Below, one piece after another: positions 56,545-64,000 of a DNA stretch of 64,000 nucleotides; the stretch's first letter is position 1, and each line of letters starts with the position of its first letter. The position numbers and the translations under genes are program-made. Source of the stretch: Candidatus Omnitrophota bacterium (GTDB taxonomy: Bacteria; Omnitrophota; Omnitrophia; Omnitrophales; Aquincolibacteriaceae); the NCBI GenBank assembly GCA_018883425.1, contig VFQY01000001.1:432-64431 (forward strand), written 5' to 3'. The notes under the pieces were generated by a model that worked only from the letters and a program-made list of their open reading frames with translations, did not search any database and was not told where the DNA came from.

Positions 56545-57227
56545 TTTTCGCTCCTTTTAATCAAATCCGGTCTCTTTTCGCGCGTCAACTTGCGCGCCTG
56601 GCGCTTTCGCCAGTCTTCTACTTCACGATGATTGCCCGAAACAAGAACCTCAGGCACTTTCCAGCCTTTAAAATCTCTCGGACGAGTGTACTGCGGGTAT
56701 TCCAGGTGTCCCGAGTGAAAGCTTTCATGCTTCAAGGATTCACTGTTGCCTAAAACACCGGGCAGCAAGCGCACCACAGCCTCGATCACGCAGACCGCCG
56801 GAGCCTCACCGCCCATGGTGACAAAATCGCCGATGGAAACTTCTTCATCCACCAGATGCTCATGGATTCTGTAATCCAGACCTTCGTAGTGTCCCGCAAT
56901 CAGCACAATCTGTTTTCGGCCCGCAAGTTCCGCGGCCTTCTCCTGCCGAAAGGGCTGACCATGAGGCGAAAGGAGAACTACCCAGCTCTCCTCACCGCAA
57001 ATGTCCTCGAGGCACTCAAAAACCGGTTCGGGTTTAATCACCATACCGGCCCCGCCCCCGAAGGGTTTGTCATCGACGGTCCGATGACGGTCGTGGGTGT
57101 AGTCCCGAAGGTCGTGAACCTTGATTTCAACCTGTTTTTTTTCCTGGGCCCGTTTGAGGATAGACTCGCTCAAAGGACCCTGAAAAAATTTAGGAAACAG
57201 GCTGACCACGTCAATCCGAAGCGCCAC
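56541..57227 (-). CDS. trmD: tRNA (guanine37-N1)-methyltransferase
   Basis: VDDKPFGGGAGM, GHYEG.D, SIGDFV..GGE, LEYPQYTRP. Confidence 0.95.
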   Translation of the reverse strand: MALRIDVVSLFPKFFQGPLSESILKRAQEKKQVEIKVHDLRDYTHDRHRTVDDKPFGGGAGMVIKPEPVFECLEDICGEESWVVLLSPHGQPFRQEKAAELAGRKQIVLIAGHYEGLDYRIHEHLVDEEVSIGDFVTMGGEAPAVCVIEAVVRLLPGVLGNSESLKHESFHSGHLEYPQYTRPRDFKGWKVPEVLVSGNHREVEDWRKRQARKLTREKRPDLIKRSEK

Positions 57228-57242
57228 GTCCGCGCCCGCCCC

Positions 57243-57521
57243 TTACTTCTTCTTTTTTTCGGGAGCTGCTGCTTTCTTGGCTTTCTTCTCGACCCGCTTG
57301 ACCAGGCTCTTCACCGAAGGTGAAACCTGCGCGCCCTTTTCGACCCAGTATTTGAAGCGGTCGGATTTAACGACAATCACTTCATTAGCGGGAAGCGGAT
57401 CATAATGACCGATTTCCTCAATGAAACGGCCGTCGCGGGGCATCTTCGCCTCCGCCACAACAATGCGCCATTGATCGCGGTTCTTTGTTCCAAAACGTTT
57501 AAGTCTGATCTTGACTGCCAA
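57243..57521 (-). CDS. rpsP: 30S ribosomal protein S16
   Basis: AVKIRLKRFG...RIVVA....PRDGRFIEEIG.YDP; TTG start after GGAGGA. Confidence 0.95.
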   Translation of the reverse strand: MAVKIRLKRFGTKNRDQWRIVVAEAKMPRDGRFIEEIGHYDPLPANEVIVVKSDRFKYWVEKGAQVSPSVKSLVKRVEKKAKKAAAPEKKKK

Positions 57522-57563
57522 GGTATCCTCCTCCAATGCCTCTCCGGAAACTCCGGAAAGGGT

Positions 57564-58829
57564 TTACTCCTTCTCCCGGTGAATCGATGCGCCGAGAGAA
57601 GAAAATTTTGTTTCCAGCCGCTCATACCCGCGGTCCAGGTGATAAACGCGGTGGACTTCCGTTGTGCCTTCGGCCACAAGGCCGGCGATCACGAGCGCCG
57701 CGCTGGCGCGCAAGTCGGACGCCATCACCGGAGCCCCGCTGAGCTTTTTCACGCCGTGTATAATGGCCGTCGGCCCCTCGAGAAAAATATTCGCACCCAT
57801 ACGGTTCAGCTCGCTGACGTGCATAAAACGATCCGGATAAATTTTTTCTGTGATCACACTGATGCCCGGCGCCGCGGCCATCAGGGCCATCATCTGAGCC
57901 TGAAGGTCTGTGGGAAAAGCCGGATACGGAAGCGTCGTCACATTGACAGGCTTTAATTTGGCCGTCCCCCGTACTCGGAGAGTTGATTTTCCCTTATCGA
58001 TGCGCACACCCGCCTGGCGCAATTTATCGATGACGACATTCTGATGGGAAGGATCCGCCTTTTTAATCAGAACATCCCCGGCTGTCATGGCCGCAGCAAA
58101 CATGTACGTTCCCGTTTCAATCCGGTCAGGGATGATCGCATGACGGGCTCCGTGCAGTTTTGTGACGCCGGTAATTTCGATGCAGGGTGATCCTATCCCC
58201 TCGATTTTAGCACCCATTTTCTGAAGAAAACGGGCCAAATCGACGATTTCGGGTTCGCAGGCGGCGTTCTCAAGAACCGTTCTTCCCTTGGCCATCGTGG
58301 CCGCCATCATCACGTTCGCCGTCGCAAGAACGGAGGAACCAAAGGCCCCGCCGAGATAAATCTCGGCTCCGCTCAGACGCTTGGCAACACGCGAAGTCAC
58401 GTAGCCGTGCTGAATTTCGTTTTTCGCGCCCAAGGCTTCCAGACCTTTGAGGTGAAGATCAATCGGCCTGGGTCCAATCACGCAGCCGCCCGGAAGAGAG
58501 ACTTCGGCATGTCCGATACGGGCCAGCAGGGGCCCCATCACGCAGACCGATGCCCGCATCGTGCTGACCAGCTTGTAGGGAGCGAGCGGCTGAAGACTGT
58601 TTCCCGGCTTAACCTTGACCGTTCCCTTCTCGAAAACAGCTTTGGCACCCAAGGACCGCAGAAGGCGGATCATCGTATGAATGTCGCGCAGGTCCGGAAC
58701 GTTTTCAATGATAGACTCTCCGTCCGCGAGAAGCGCCGCTGCCATAATCGGAAGAGCCGCGTTTTTCGCGCCGGAAATTTCAACTTCCCCTTTGAGCTTT
58801 CGTCCGCCTGTAATAACGATCTTATCCAT
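57564..58829 (-). CDS. murA: UDP-N-acetylglucosamine 1-carboxyvinyltransferase
   Basis: GAKNAALP, MRAS, LPGGCVIGPRP (catalytic Cys), PDRIE, PTDLQ, DLRA. Confidence 0.96.
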   Translation of the reverse strand: MDKIVITGGRKLKGEVEISGAKNAALPIMAAALLADGESIIENVPDLRDIHTMIRLLRSLGAKAVFEKGTVKVKPGNSLQPLAPYKLVSTMRASVCVMGPLLARIGHAEVSLPGGCVIGPRPIDLHLKGLEALGAKNEIQHGYVTSRVAKRLSGAEIYLGGAFGSSVLATANVMMAATMAKGRTVLENAACEPEIVDLARFLQKMGAKIEGIGSPCIEITGVTKLHGARHAIIPDRIETGTYMFAAAMTAGDVLIKKADPSHQNVVIDKLRQAGVRIDKGKSTLRVRGTAKLKPVNVTTLPYPAFPTDLQAQMMALMAAAPGISVITEKIYPDRFMHVSELNRMGANIFLEGPTAIIHGVKKLSGAPVMASDLRASAALVIAGLVAEGTTEVHRVYHLDRGYERLETKFSSLGASIHREKE

Positions 58830-59682
58830 GAGATCCCGCGCGGGCCATCACGACCCTTTCAACGTTGATGTCGTCTTTAAAAATTTTGATATCGGTGAAG
58901 TTTTTCCGGACTAAAAGATCCCGCACCTCGGGCGCTTGACCCCGTCCGACTTCTAAAAAAAAGGGCGCTGAAGGATACAGCCTTTCAGAGACCGATTCAG
59001 CGATGTTCCGGTAAAAAAAAAGTCCGTCTTGACCGCCATCAAGAGCTTCGCGGGGTTCCTGAAGAACTTCCGCATCCGCTTCAGCCCAATCGCTTTCTTT
59101 AAAATACGGCGGATTGGATACAAGAGCGTCCCAACGGTCTTTGCCGCAAGCCCCGAAAAGATCGGTTTTCACAAGACGGCATCTTTCACCGAGAGCATAC
59201 TTCTCGACATTCTTCGCCGCCAGCTCAAGCGCTTTTTCCGAACAATCGAGAAAAACACAGCGGGCTTTTTCGAAATGTCTCAGCAGAGCGATCCCAATCG
59301 CGCCGCTTCCGGCTCCAAGATCCGCGAAGGTAAATGCACTGGTTTGGGAAAACCCCGAAGCATCGACAAACGCCTTCACGAGCGTTTCGGTCTCAGGCCG
59401 GGGCACCAAACAACCCGGCCCTACAATCAGCGTTTCGTTCCAGAAGTAAGCGGTCCCTGTCAAATAAGCGGTAGGTATCCGTTGCTTGCGGCCGGCGATC
59501 CAGGTCCGATAATGCCGGGATTCTTTTTCCGGCACTTCCCGACGGGCCTCTAAATATAAAGAGGTTCTGGAAAGACTCAGAACCTCCGATAAAAGAACTC
59601 GTGCGCTCGCTTCAGCTTCTTCGGCGCCCAGATCCGCAAGTTCTTTGCGGCCCCACTCTAACAGCTCACGAACGGTCGTCAT
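58822..59682 (-). CDS. prmC: Release factor glutamine methyltransferase
   Basis: PRPETE, DLGAGSGAI, SNPPY; follows prfA. Confidence 0.92.
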   Translation of the reverse strand: MTTVRELLEWGRKELADLGAEEAEASARVLLSEVLSLSRTSLYLEARREVPEKESRHYRTWIAGRKQRIPTAYLTGTAYFWNETLIVGPGCLVPRPETETLVKAFVDASGFSQTSAFTFADLGAGSGAIGIALLRHFEKARCVFLDCSEKALELAAKNVEKYALGERCRLVKTDLFGACGKDRWDALVSNPPYFKESDWAEADAEVLQEPREALDGGQDGLFFYRNIAESVSERLYPSAPFFLEVGRGQAPEVRDLLVRKNFTDIKIFKDDINVERVVMARAGSHG

Positions 59683-59729
59683 TCAAGCACATGGGATGCG
59701 GCGCTTTGCAAAAACGCTCTTCGCCTTTT

Positions 59730-60809
59730 TCAGGCCGCGCTCATCAGTTTGCGGTTGCGCTCGTCCCTCTCCAAAGCTCCGACCATTTCGTCCAAATGGC
59801 CGTTTAAAATATCATTCAGACTATGCAAAGTCAAACCGATTCGATGATCCGTAACCCTCTGATCCGGGTAATTGTAGGTTCGGATCTTGCCCGAACGGTC
59901 CCCGCTTCCGATCTGAGCTTTGCGTTCACGGGACTGCTCAAGCTGACGGCGCTCCTGCTCGGCTTCATAAAGCCGGGCTCTTAAGACGCGCATGGCGCGG
60001 GCCTTATTCTTGTGCTGGGAGCGCTCGTCCTGGCATTGAACAATGACGCCGCTAGGCAAGTGGGTGATTCGGACGGCCGACTCCGTCTTGTTGACGTGCT
60101 GACCCCCTGCACCCGAAGCCCGGTAAACGTCGATTTTGAGGTCCGCCGGGTCGATGTTAATTTCCGTTTCATCCGCCTCAGCCATAATCGCTACCGTGAC
60201 GGCCGAGGTGTGAACCCGTCCGCTGGCCTCTGTCGCAGGCACCCTTTGAACGCGGTGGATCCCGCTTTCGTATTTGAATTTAGCGTAAGCTCCCGAGCCG
60301 CTGACGGCAAAAATAACTTCCTTGAAGCCGCCGATCCCCGTCGGGTTGGAATCCATGACTTCAAGCCTCAGCCCAAGAGAGGAAGCATAGCGGGAATACA
60401 TCCTGAAAAGATCCGCAACAAAAAGCGCAGCTTCCTCTCCGCCCGTTCCGGCCCGAATTTCAGCGATCACATCTCGGCCGGAGCGCGGATCATCATCGCG
60501 GATCAGCATAGTCTCGATCTGCTCGAGAAGCGCGTCTTTTTTTTGTTTCAGCGACTTTTCTTCCTCGCGGTACAGATCGCGCATTTCCGCATCAAGCTTT
60601 TTGGAATTCAGCTCTTCGGACAGAGCGGCAAGTTCCTCTTCGGCTCTGCGGTATTCCGCGTAAGCGCCGACCAAGGGGCGGATTTCCGCCATTTCCTTGG
60701 TCAGCTTTTGGTACTTCGCCTGGTCCTTGACGACTTCCGGCTGGCTGATTTCATGTTCGATCTGAGCCAGCCTTTTTTCGGTTTTCTGAAGCTTGTCTGC
60801 GTAAATCAC
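59730..60809 (-). CDS. prfA: Peptide chain release factor 1
   Basis: GTGGEEA, RVPATE (PxT), [12 protein letters not shown]. Confidence 0.96.
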   Translation of the reverse strand: MIYADKLQKTEKRLAQIEHEISQPEVVKDQAKYQKLTKEMAEIRPLVGAYAEYRRAEEELAALSEELNSKKLDAEMRDLYREEEKSLKQKKDALLEQIETMLIRDDDPRSGRDVIAEIRAGTGGEEAALFVADLFRMYSRYASSLGLRLEVMDSNPTGIGGFKEVIFAVSGSGAYAKFKYESGIHRVQRVPATEASGRVHTSAVTVAIMAEADETEINIDPADLKIDVYRASGAGGQHVNKTESAVRITHLPSGVIVQCQDERSQHKNKARAMRVLRARLYEAEQERRQLEQSRERKAQIGSGDRSGKIRTYNYPDQRVTDHRIGLTLHSLNDILNGHLDEMVGALERDERNRKLMSAA

Positions 60810-60830
60810 GTCTGGGCTGAAATCGTCGGC

Positions 60831-61178
60831 TTATTCAGCCTTCGGGGCTTCCGCGCCAGGCTTCTGCTGAGCAGCCTGCTTGAGCTTGTCCTTGATAGAC
60901 AGCTTGGAAGAAGAAGCCTGGGCCGCGGGGCGAACCGCAGCGGGGGCAATTTTCTTCACGGGAGCAGCGGCAATTTTGTTGCCGAACTTTTTCTTCAGAC
61001 GGTCAATGCGGCCGGCCGTATCCATCAGCTTCTGCTTGCCGGTGAAAAACGGGTGGCACGCTGAACACACGTCCGTCTGAATTACGTTGTCCTTGGCGGC
61101 GCTGCGCGTCTCGAACGAACTGCCGCAAGCGCACTGAACGGTAACGGTTTGGTACTGGGGATGAATATCTTGTTTCAT
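60831..61178 (-). CDS. rpmE: 50S ribosomal protein L31 (Zn-binding type) with Ala/Lys-rich tail
   Basis: [23 protein letters not shown]. Confidence 0.95.
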   Translation of the reverse strand: MKQDIHPQYQTVTVQCACGSSFETRSAAKDNVIQTDVCSACHPFFTGKQKLMDTAGRIDRLKKKFGNKIAAAPVKKIAPAAVRPAAQASSSKLSIKDKLKQAAQQKPGAEAPKAE

Positions 61179-61179
61179 T

Positions 61180-62568
61180 TTATTTCTCCGCTTTATTCAT
61201 GCTGATAAGAAACTCAGCATTGGTTTTCGTTTTCTTAAGCCGATCCGTGAGTAGTTCCATGGCCTCGGCAGGGTTTAATTCGTTGAGAACCTTTCGAAGC
61301 ATCCAGACGCGGCTAAGCTCATCGGGGTGCATGATCAGATCCTCTTTACGAGTATTGGATTTCTTCACATCAATAGCCGGGTAAATGCGCTTCTGGAACA
61401 GGTTGCGGTCCAGCTGCAGTTCCATGTTGCCCGTGCCCTTGAATTCTTCAAAAATGACTTCGTCCATACGCGAGCCTGTATCGACAAGCGCCGTTGCAAT
61501 GATCGTCAGACTGCCGCCTTCCTCGATATTGCGGGCCGCTCCGAAAAACCGCTTCGGGCGATGGAGAGCGTTGGAGTCCACACCGCCGGACAAAATCTTA
61601 CCGGAATGCGGAACCACCGTGTTGTAGGCGCGCGCCAGACGCGTGATGCTGTCCAGCAGAATGATAACATCGCGCCGGTGCTCCACAAGACGCTTCGCCT
61701 TTTCGAGAACGATTTCCGCGACTTGCACATGACGCTCAGCAGGCTCGTCAAAAGTCGACGAGACGACTTCCCCGCACACCGAACGCTGCATGTCGGTCAC
61801 TTCTTCCGGACGTTCGTCAATGAGAAGCACGATGAGGTACGCTTCCGGAAAATTGGTCGTGATCGCGTTGGCGATCTTCTGCAGCAGGATCGTTTTACCG
61901 CTGTACGGCGGGGCGACGATGAGTCCGCGCTGACCGAAACCGATCGGCGTTAAGAGATCCATGACGCGCATGGAAACCTCTTCGGTATTCGTCTCCATGA
62001 AAAGCCTTTTGAGCGGGTAGAGCGGCGTCAGGTTATCAAAGGGAATCTTGTCCTTGATAGACTCCGGATCTTCGAAATTGACCACTTCGACTTTGAGAAG
62101 CGCAAAGTACCGCTCACCCTCTTTAGGCGGCCGGATTTGACCGCTCACGCAGTCGCCGGTGCGCAAATTGAAGCGGCGGATCTGGCTCGGGCTGACGTAA
62201 ATGTCGTCGGGTGAAGGTAGGTAGTTGTAATTGGGAGAACGCAGGAAACCGAACCCGTCTTCCAGGATCTCCAGAACACCTTCCCCGTACATGAGACCCG
62301 ACTGCTCAGCCTGGCCCTGCAGAATCTTGAAAATCAGATCCTGTTTTTTCATGCCGGTCGTGGGACCGATATTAAATTTTTTACCAAGTTCGTGGAGATC
62401 GCCCATCTTCATTTCCTTGAGCGTCGCCACGTCCATGACTTTTTCACCGGCAGCATTCACGGTTTCCGGTTCGTTCTCCCTTTCATGGTCGCCCGCGGGG
62501 GCACCTTGTCCGGGTCTTTTGGGCGGGAAATTAGTCCGTCTCGGGTGGTGGGTTCTTTCTTTAGGCAT
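61180..62568 (-). CDS. rho: Transcription termination factor Rho
   Basis: [46 protein letters not shown]. Confidence 0.97.
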   Translation of the reverse strand: MPKERTHHPRRTNFPPKRPGQGAPAGDHERENEPETVNAAGEKVMDVATLKEMKMGDLHELGKKFNIGPTTGMKKQDLIFKILQGQAEQSGLMYGEGVLEILEDGFGFLRSPNYNYLPSPDDIYVSPSQIRRFNLRTGDCVSGQIRPPKEGERYFALLKVEVVNFEDPESIKDKIPFDNLTPLYPLKRLFMETNTEEVSMRVMDLLTPIGFGQRGLIVAPPYSGKTILLQKIANAITTNFPEAYLIVLLIDERPEEVTDMQRSVCGEVVSSTFDEPAERHVQVAEIVLEKAKRLVEHRRDVIILLDSITRLARAYNTVVPHSGKILSGGVDSNALHRPKRFFGAARNIEEGGSLTIIATALVDTGSRMDEVIFEEFKGTGNMELQLDRNLFQKRIYPAIDVKKSNTRKEDLIMHPDELSRVWMLRKVLNELNPAEAMELLTDRLKKTKTNAEFLISMNKAEK

Positions 62569-63196
62569 AATGCGATACGTCTCCTTTCGAGGCGTTGTTG
62601 AGGGTCTTCCAGATTTTTTCCACTTGTTTGCGTACTCCTTCTAAATCTCCGCTGTTGTCGATCACATAAGCGGCTCGTTTGAGTTTTTCCTCCGGGGACA
62701 TCTGCGCCTTCTGACGGCGGCGGATTTCTTCGGGACCGAAACCTCGTTCAGCCAGGCGCTTCTCAATAATATCCTGAGGCGCTTGGACAACCACGCAGAC
62801 ATCGCAGCTGCGGTCAAAGCCCGTTTCAAAAAGAAGCGGGATTTCCAGCACAATCACGCGCGCGTCTGCCTCCGCAATTTCCGCAGCGAGCCGCTGAAAC
62901 ACATACGGATGAATGATGCTTTCCAATTCCTTCCGGGCTTCGCCGTCGCTGAAAACACACGCGGCCAGCTTCACTCGGTCCATCCCCCCCGTCCCTAGCG
63001 CTTCAGGGAAACGCTTCGTGAGGGCGGGGTAAACCGCACTGCCTTCCAGAAGAGCCTCGTGGGCTATCCGGTCCGCATCAAGAACCTCCGCACCCAGAGG
63101 TTCAAAGAACCTCGCGGCAGTACTTTTGCCCGAACCGAAGGTTCCCGTCAGACCGACCAGAGTTCGTCCGGCTTTTGTTTTTAGTTCTTGTACCAT
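62561..63196 (-). CDS. coaE: Dephospho-CoA kinase
   Basis: [37 protein letters not shown]. Confidence 0.93.
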   Translation of the reverse strand: MVQELKTKAGRTLVGLTGTFGSGKSTAARFFEPLGAEVLDADRIAHEALLEGSAVYPALTKRFPEALGTGGMDRVKLAACVFSDGEARKELESIIHPYVFQRLAAEIAEADARVIVLEIPLLFETGFDRSCDVCVVVQAPQDIIEKRLAERGFGPEEIRRRQKAQMSPEEKLKRAAYVIDNSGDLEGVRKQVEKIWKTLNNASKGDVSHYA

Positions 63197-64000
63197 GAGT
63201 CCCCAATAAAGAAATCCGCGCGAAGCGGCACGCGGAGCTCGTAAGCTTTTTCCATGCCCTCGCGGACCATCCCCTCGAGTGCTTTCATTTCATCTTCGGG
63301 TCCGTCGAAAACCAGCTCGTCATGAACCTGCATGATCATTCGGGATTCGAGCCCGCGCTTGACGAGCTCGCCCTCGATGCGGATCATCGCGAGCTTGATC
63401 AGATCAGCCGCCGAACCTTGAATCGGCGCATTGATCGCCGCCCGTTCTGCAAATTGCCGGAGCGGCACGTTTTTGGAATTGATATCAGGAAAATAAGCTC
63501 GTCTTCCGAGAAGTGTCGTCAGGAATCCTTGTTCGCGGGCTCTTTCCTTCTGCGATTCGAGATAGGCGCGGATACCGCTGTAACGGTCAAAATAATTCCG
63601 GATAAATTGATCGGCCTCTCCGACAGGAATATGAAGATCCTGAGACAGACCAAACGCTGTCTTCCCGTAAATAATACTGAAATTGATCGTCTTGGCGACA
63701 CCGCGCATTTCGCGCGTCACCTCTTTTTCACTCACGCCGTAGAGCAGCGTTGCCGTGAATGTGTGAATGTCGCGCTCCTCACGGAACGCCTTGAGCAGCT
63801 GCTCGTCGGATGAAAAATGCGCCAGAATTCTCAGCTCAATCTGAGAATAGTCTGCCGACAGAATCCGGCCTCTTCCCGAAGTTCTAGGCCGCGCAACAAA
63901 AGCCTTGCGTACCAGCCTCCCGGCCTGAGTTTTGATCGGAATATTCTGAAGATTCGGATCCGAGCTGGAAAGACGCCCCGTGACCGTTGTCGTCTGGTGA
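63181..64000 (-). CDS. polA: DNA polymerase I, C-terminal part; start lies beyond the right edge
   Basis: TGRLSSSDPNLQNIP, ADYSQIELR, AKTINFSIIYG, AINAPIQGSAAD, QVHDEL. Confidence 0.96.
   Translation of the reverse strand, partial: HQTTTVTGRLSSSDPNLQNIPIKTQAGRLVRKAFVARPRTSGRGRILSADYSQIELRILAHFSSDEQLLKAFREERDIHTFTATLLYGVSEKEVTREMRGVAKTINFSIIYGKTAFGLSQDLHIPVGEADQFIRNYFDRYSGIRAYLESQKERAREQGFLTTLLGRRAYFPDINSKNVPLRQFAERAAINAPIQGSAADLIKLAMIRIEGELVKRGLESRMIMQVHDELVFDGPEDEMKALEGMVREGMEKAYELRVPLRADFFIGDSWYKN

Noticed and set aside
60012-61064. 350-aa plus-strand ORF
   Set aside because: Antisense shadow of prfA and rpmE.
1-64000. CRISPR arrays, tRNA/rRNA genes, IS elements, ops/JUMPStart site
   Set aside because: No regularly spaced repeats, cloverleaf motifs, transposase motifs or correctly placed GGCGGTAG were recognised by eye; tRNAscan and Infernal runs would be needed for certainty.

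Overview
A gene-dense bacterial chromosome window, mostly on the minus strand. The gene families (TIGR04073-like secreted proteins, TM-HAMP-only protein, TPR lipoprotein) tentatively suggest a PVC-superphylum or Omnitrophota-like organism; this is inference only. From left to right it holds: a TCA cluster (acnA truncated at the left edge and missed by the ORF track, mdh, icd); suhB, an alpha/beta hydrolase, mutY and ygfZ; a ~22 kb surface-glycan locus (PGT-PglF fusion, two DegT, WecB, several GTs, CapK plus GNAT, WaaL/Wzy-like protein, ABC flippase, TylF methyltransferase) headed by two duplicated excisionase/BldC-like HTH genes with conserved promoters; housekeeping genes and hypotheticals (pyrE, trmJ-like, GDPD, RsmB-like, hflX, frameshifted yciH/SUI1, KTSC, ROK, queH, pepA, GH144); an orphan sigma-28 module (TPR lipoprotein, MerR, WhiG/FliA, FlgM-like gene with its own sigma-28 promoter) with no flagellar genes in the window; accA, an L,D-transpeptidase, comM, a JAB protease, and an Omp85 barrel coupled to an exported probable pseudokinase; and finally the polA-coaE-rho-rpmE-prfA-prmC-murA-rpsP-trmD-rplS-rnhB-yraN run. 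No tRNA, rRNA, CRISPR array, integrase or transposase was recognised. The best candidates for new biology are the orphan sigma-28 module, the Omp85-pseudokinase pair and the duplicated HTH regulators. All product calls come from motif recognition by eye, not from database searches.
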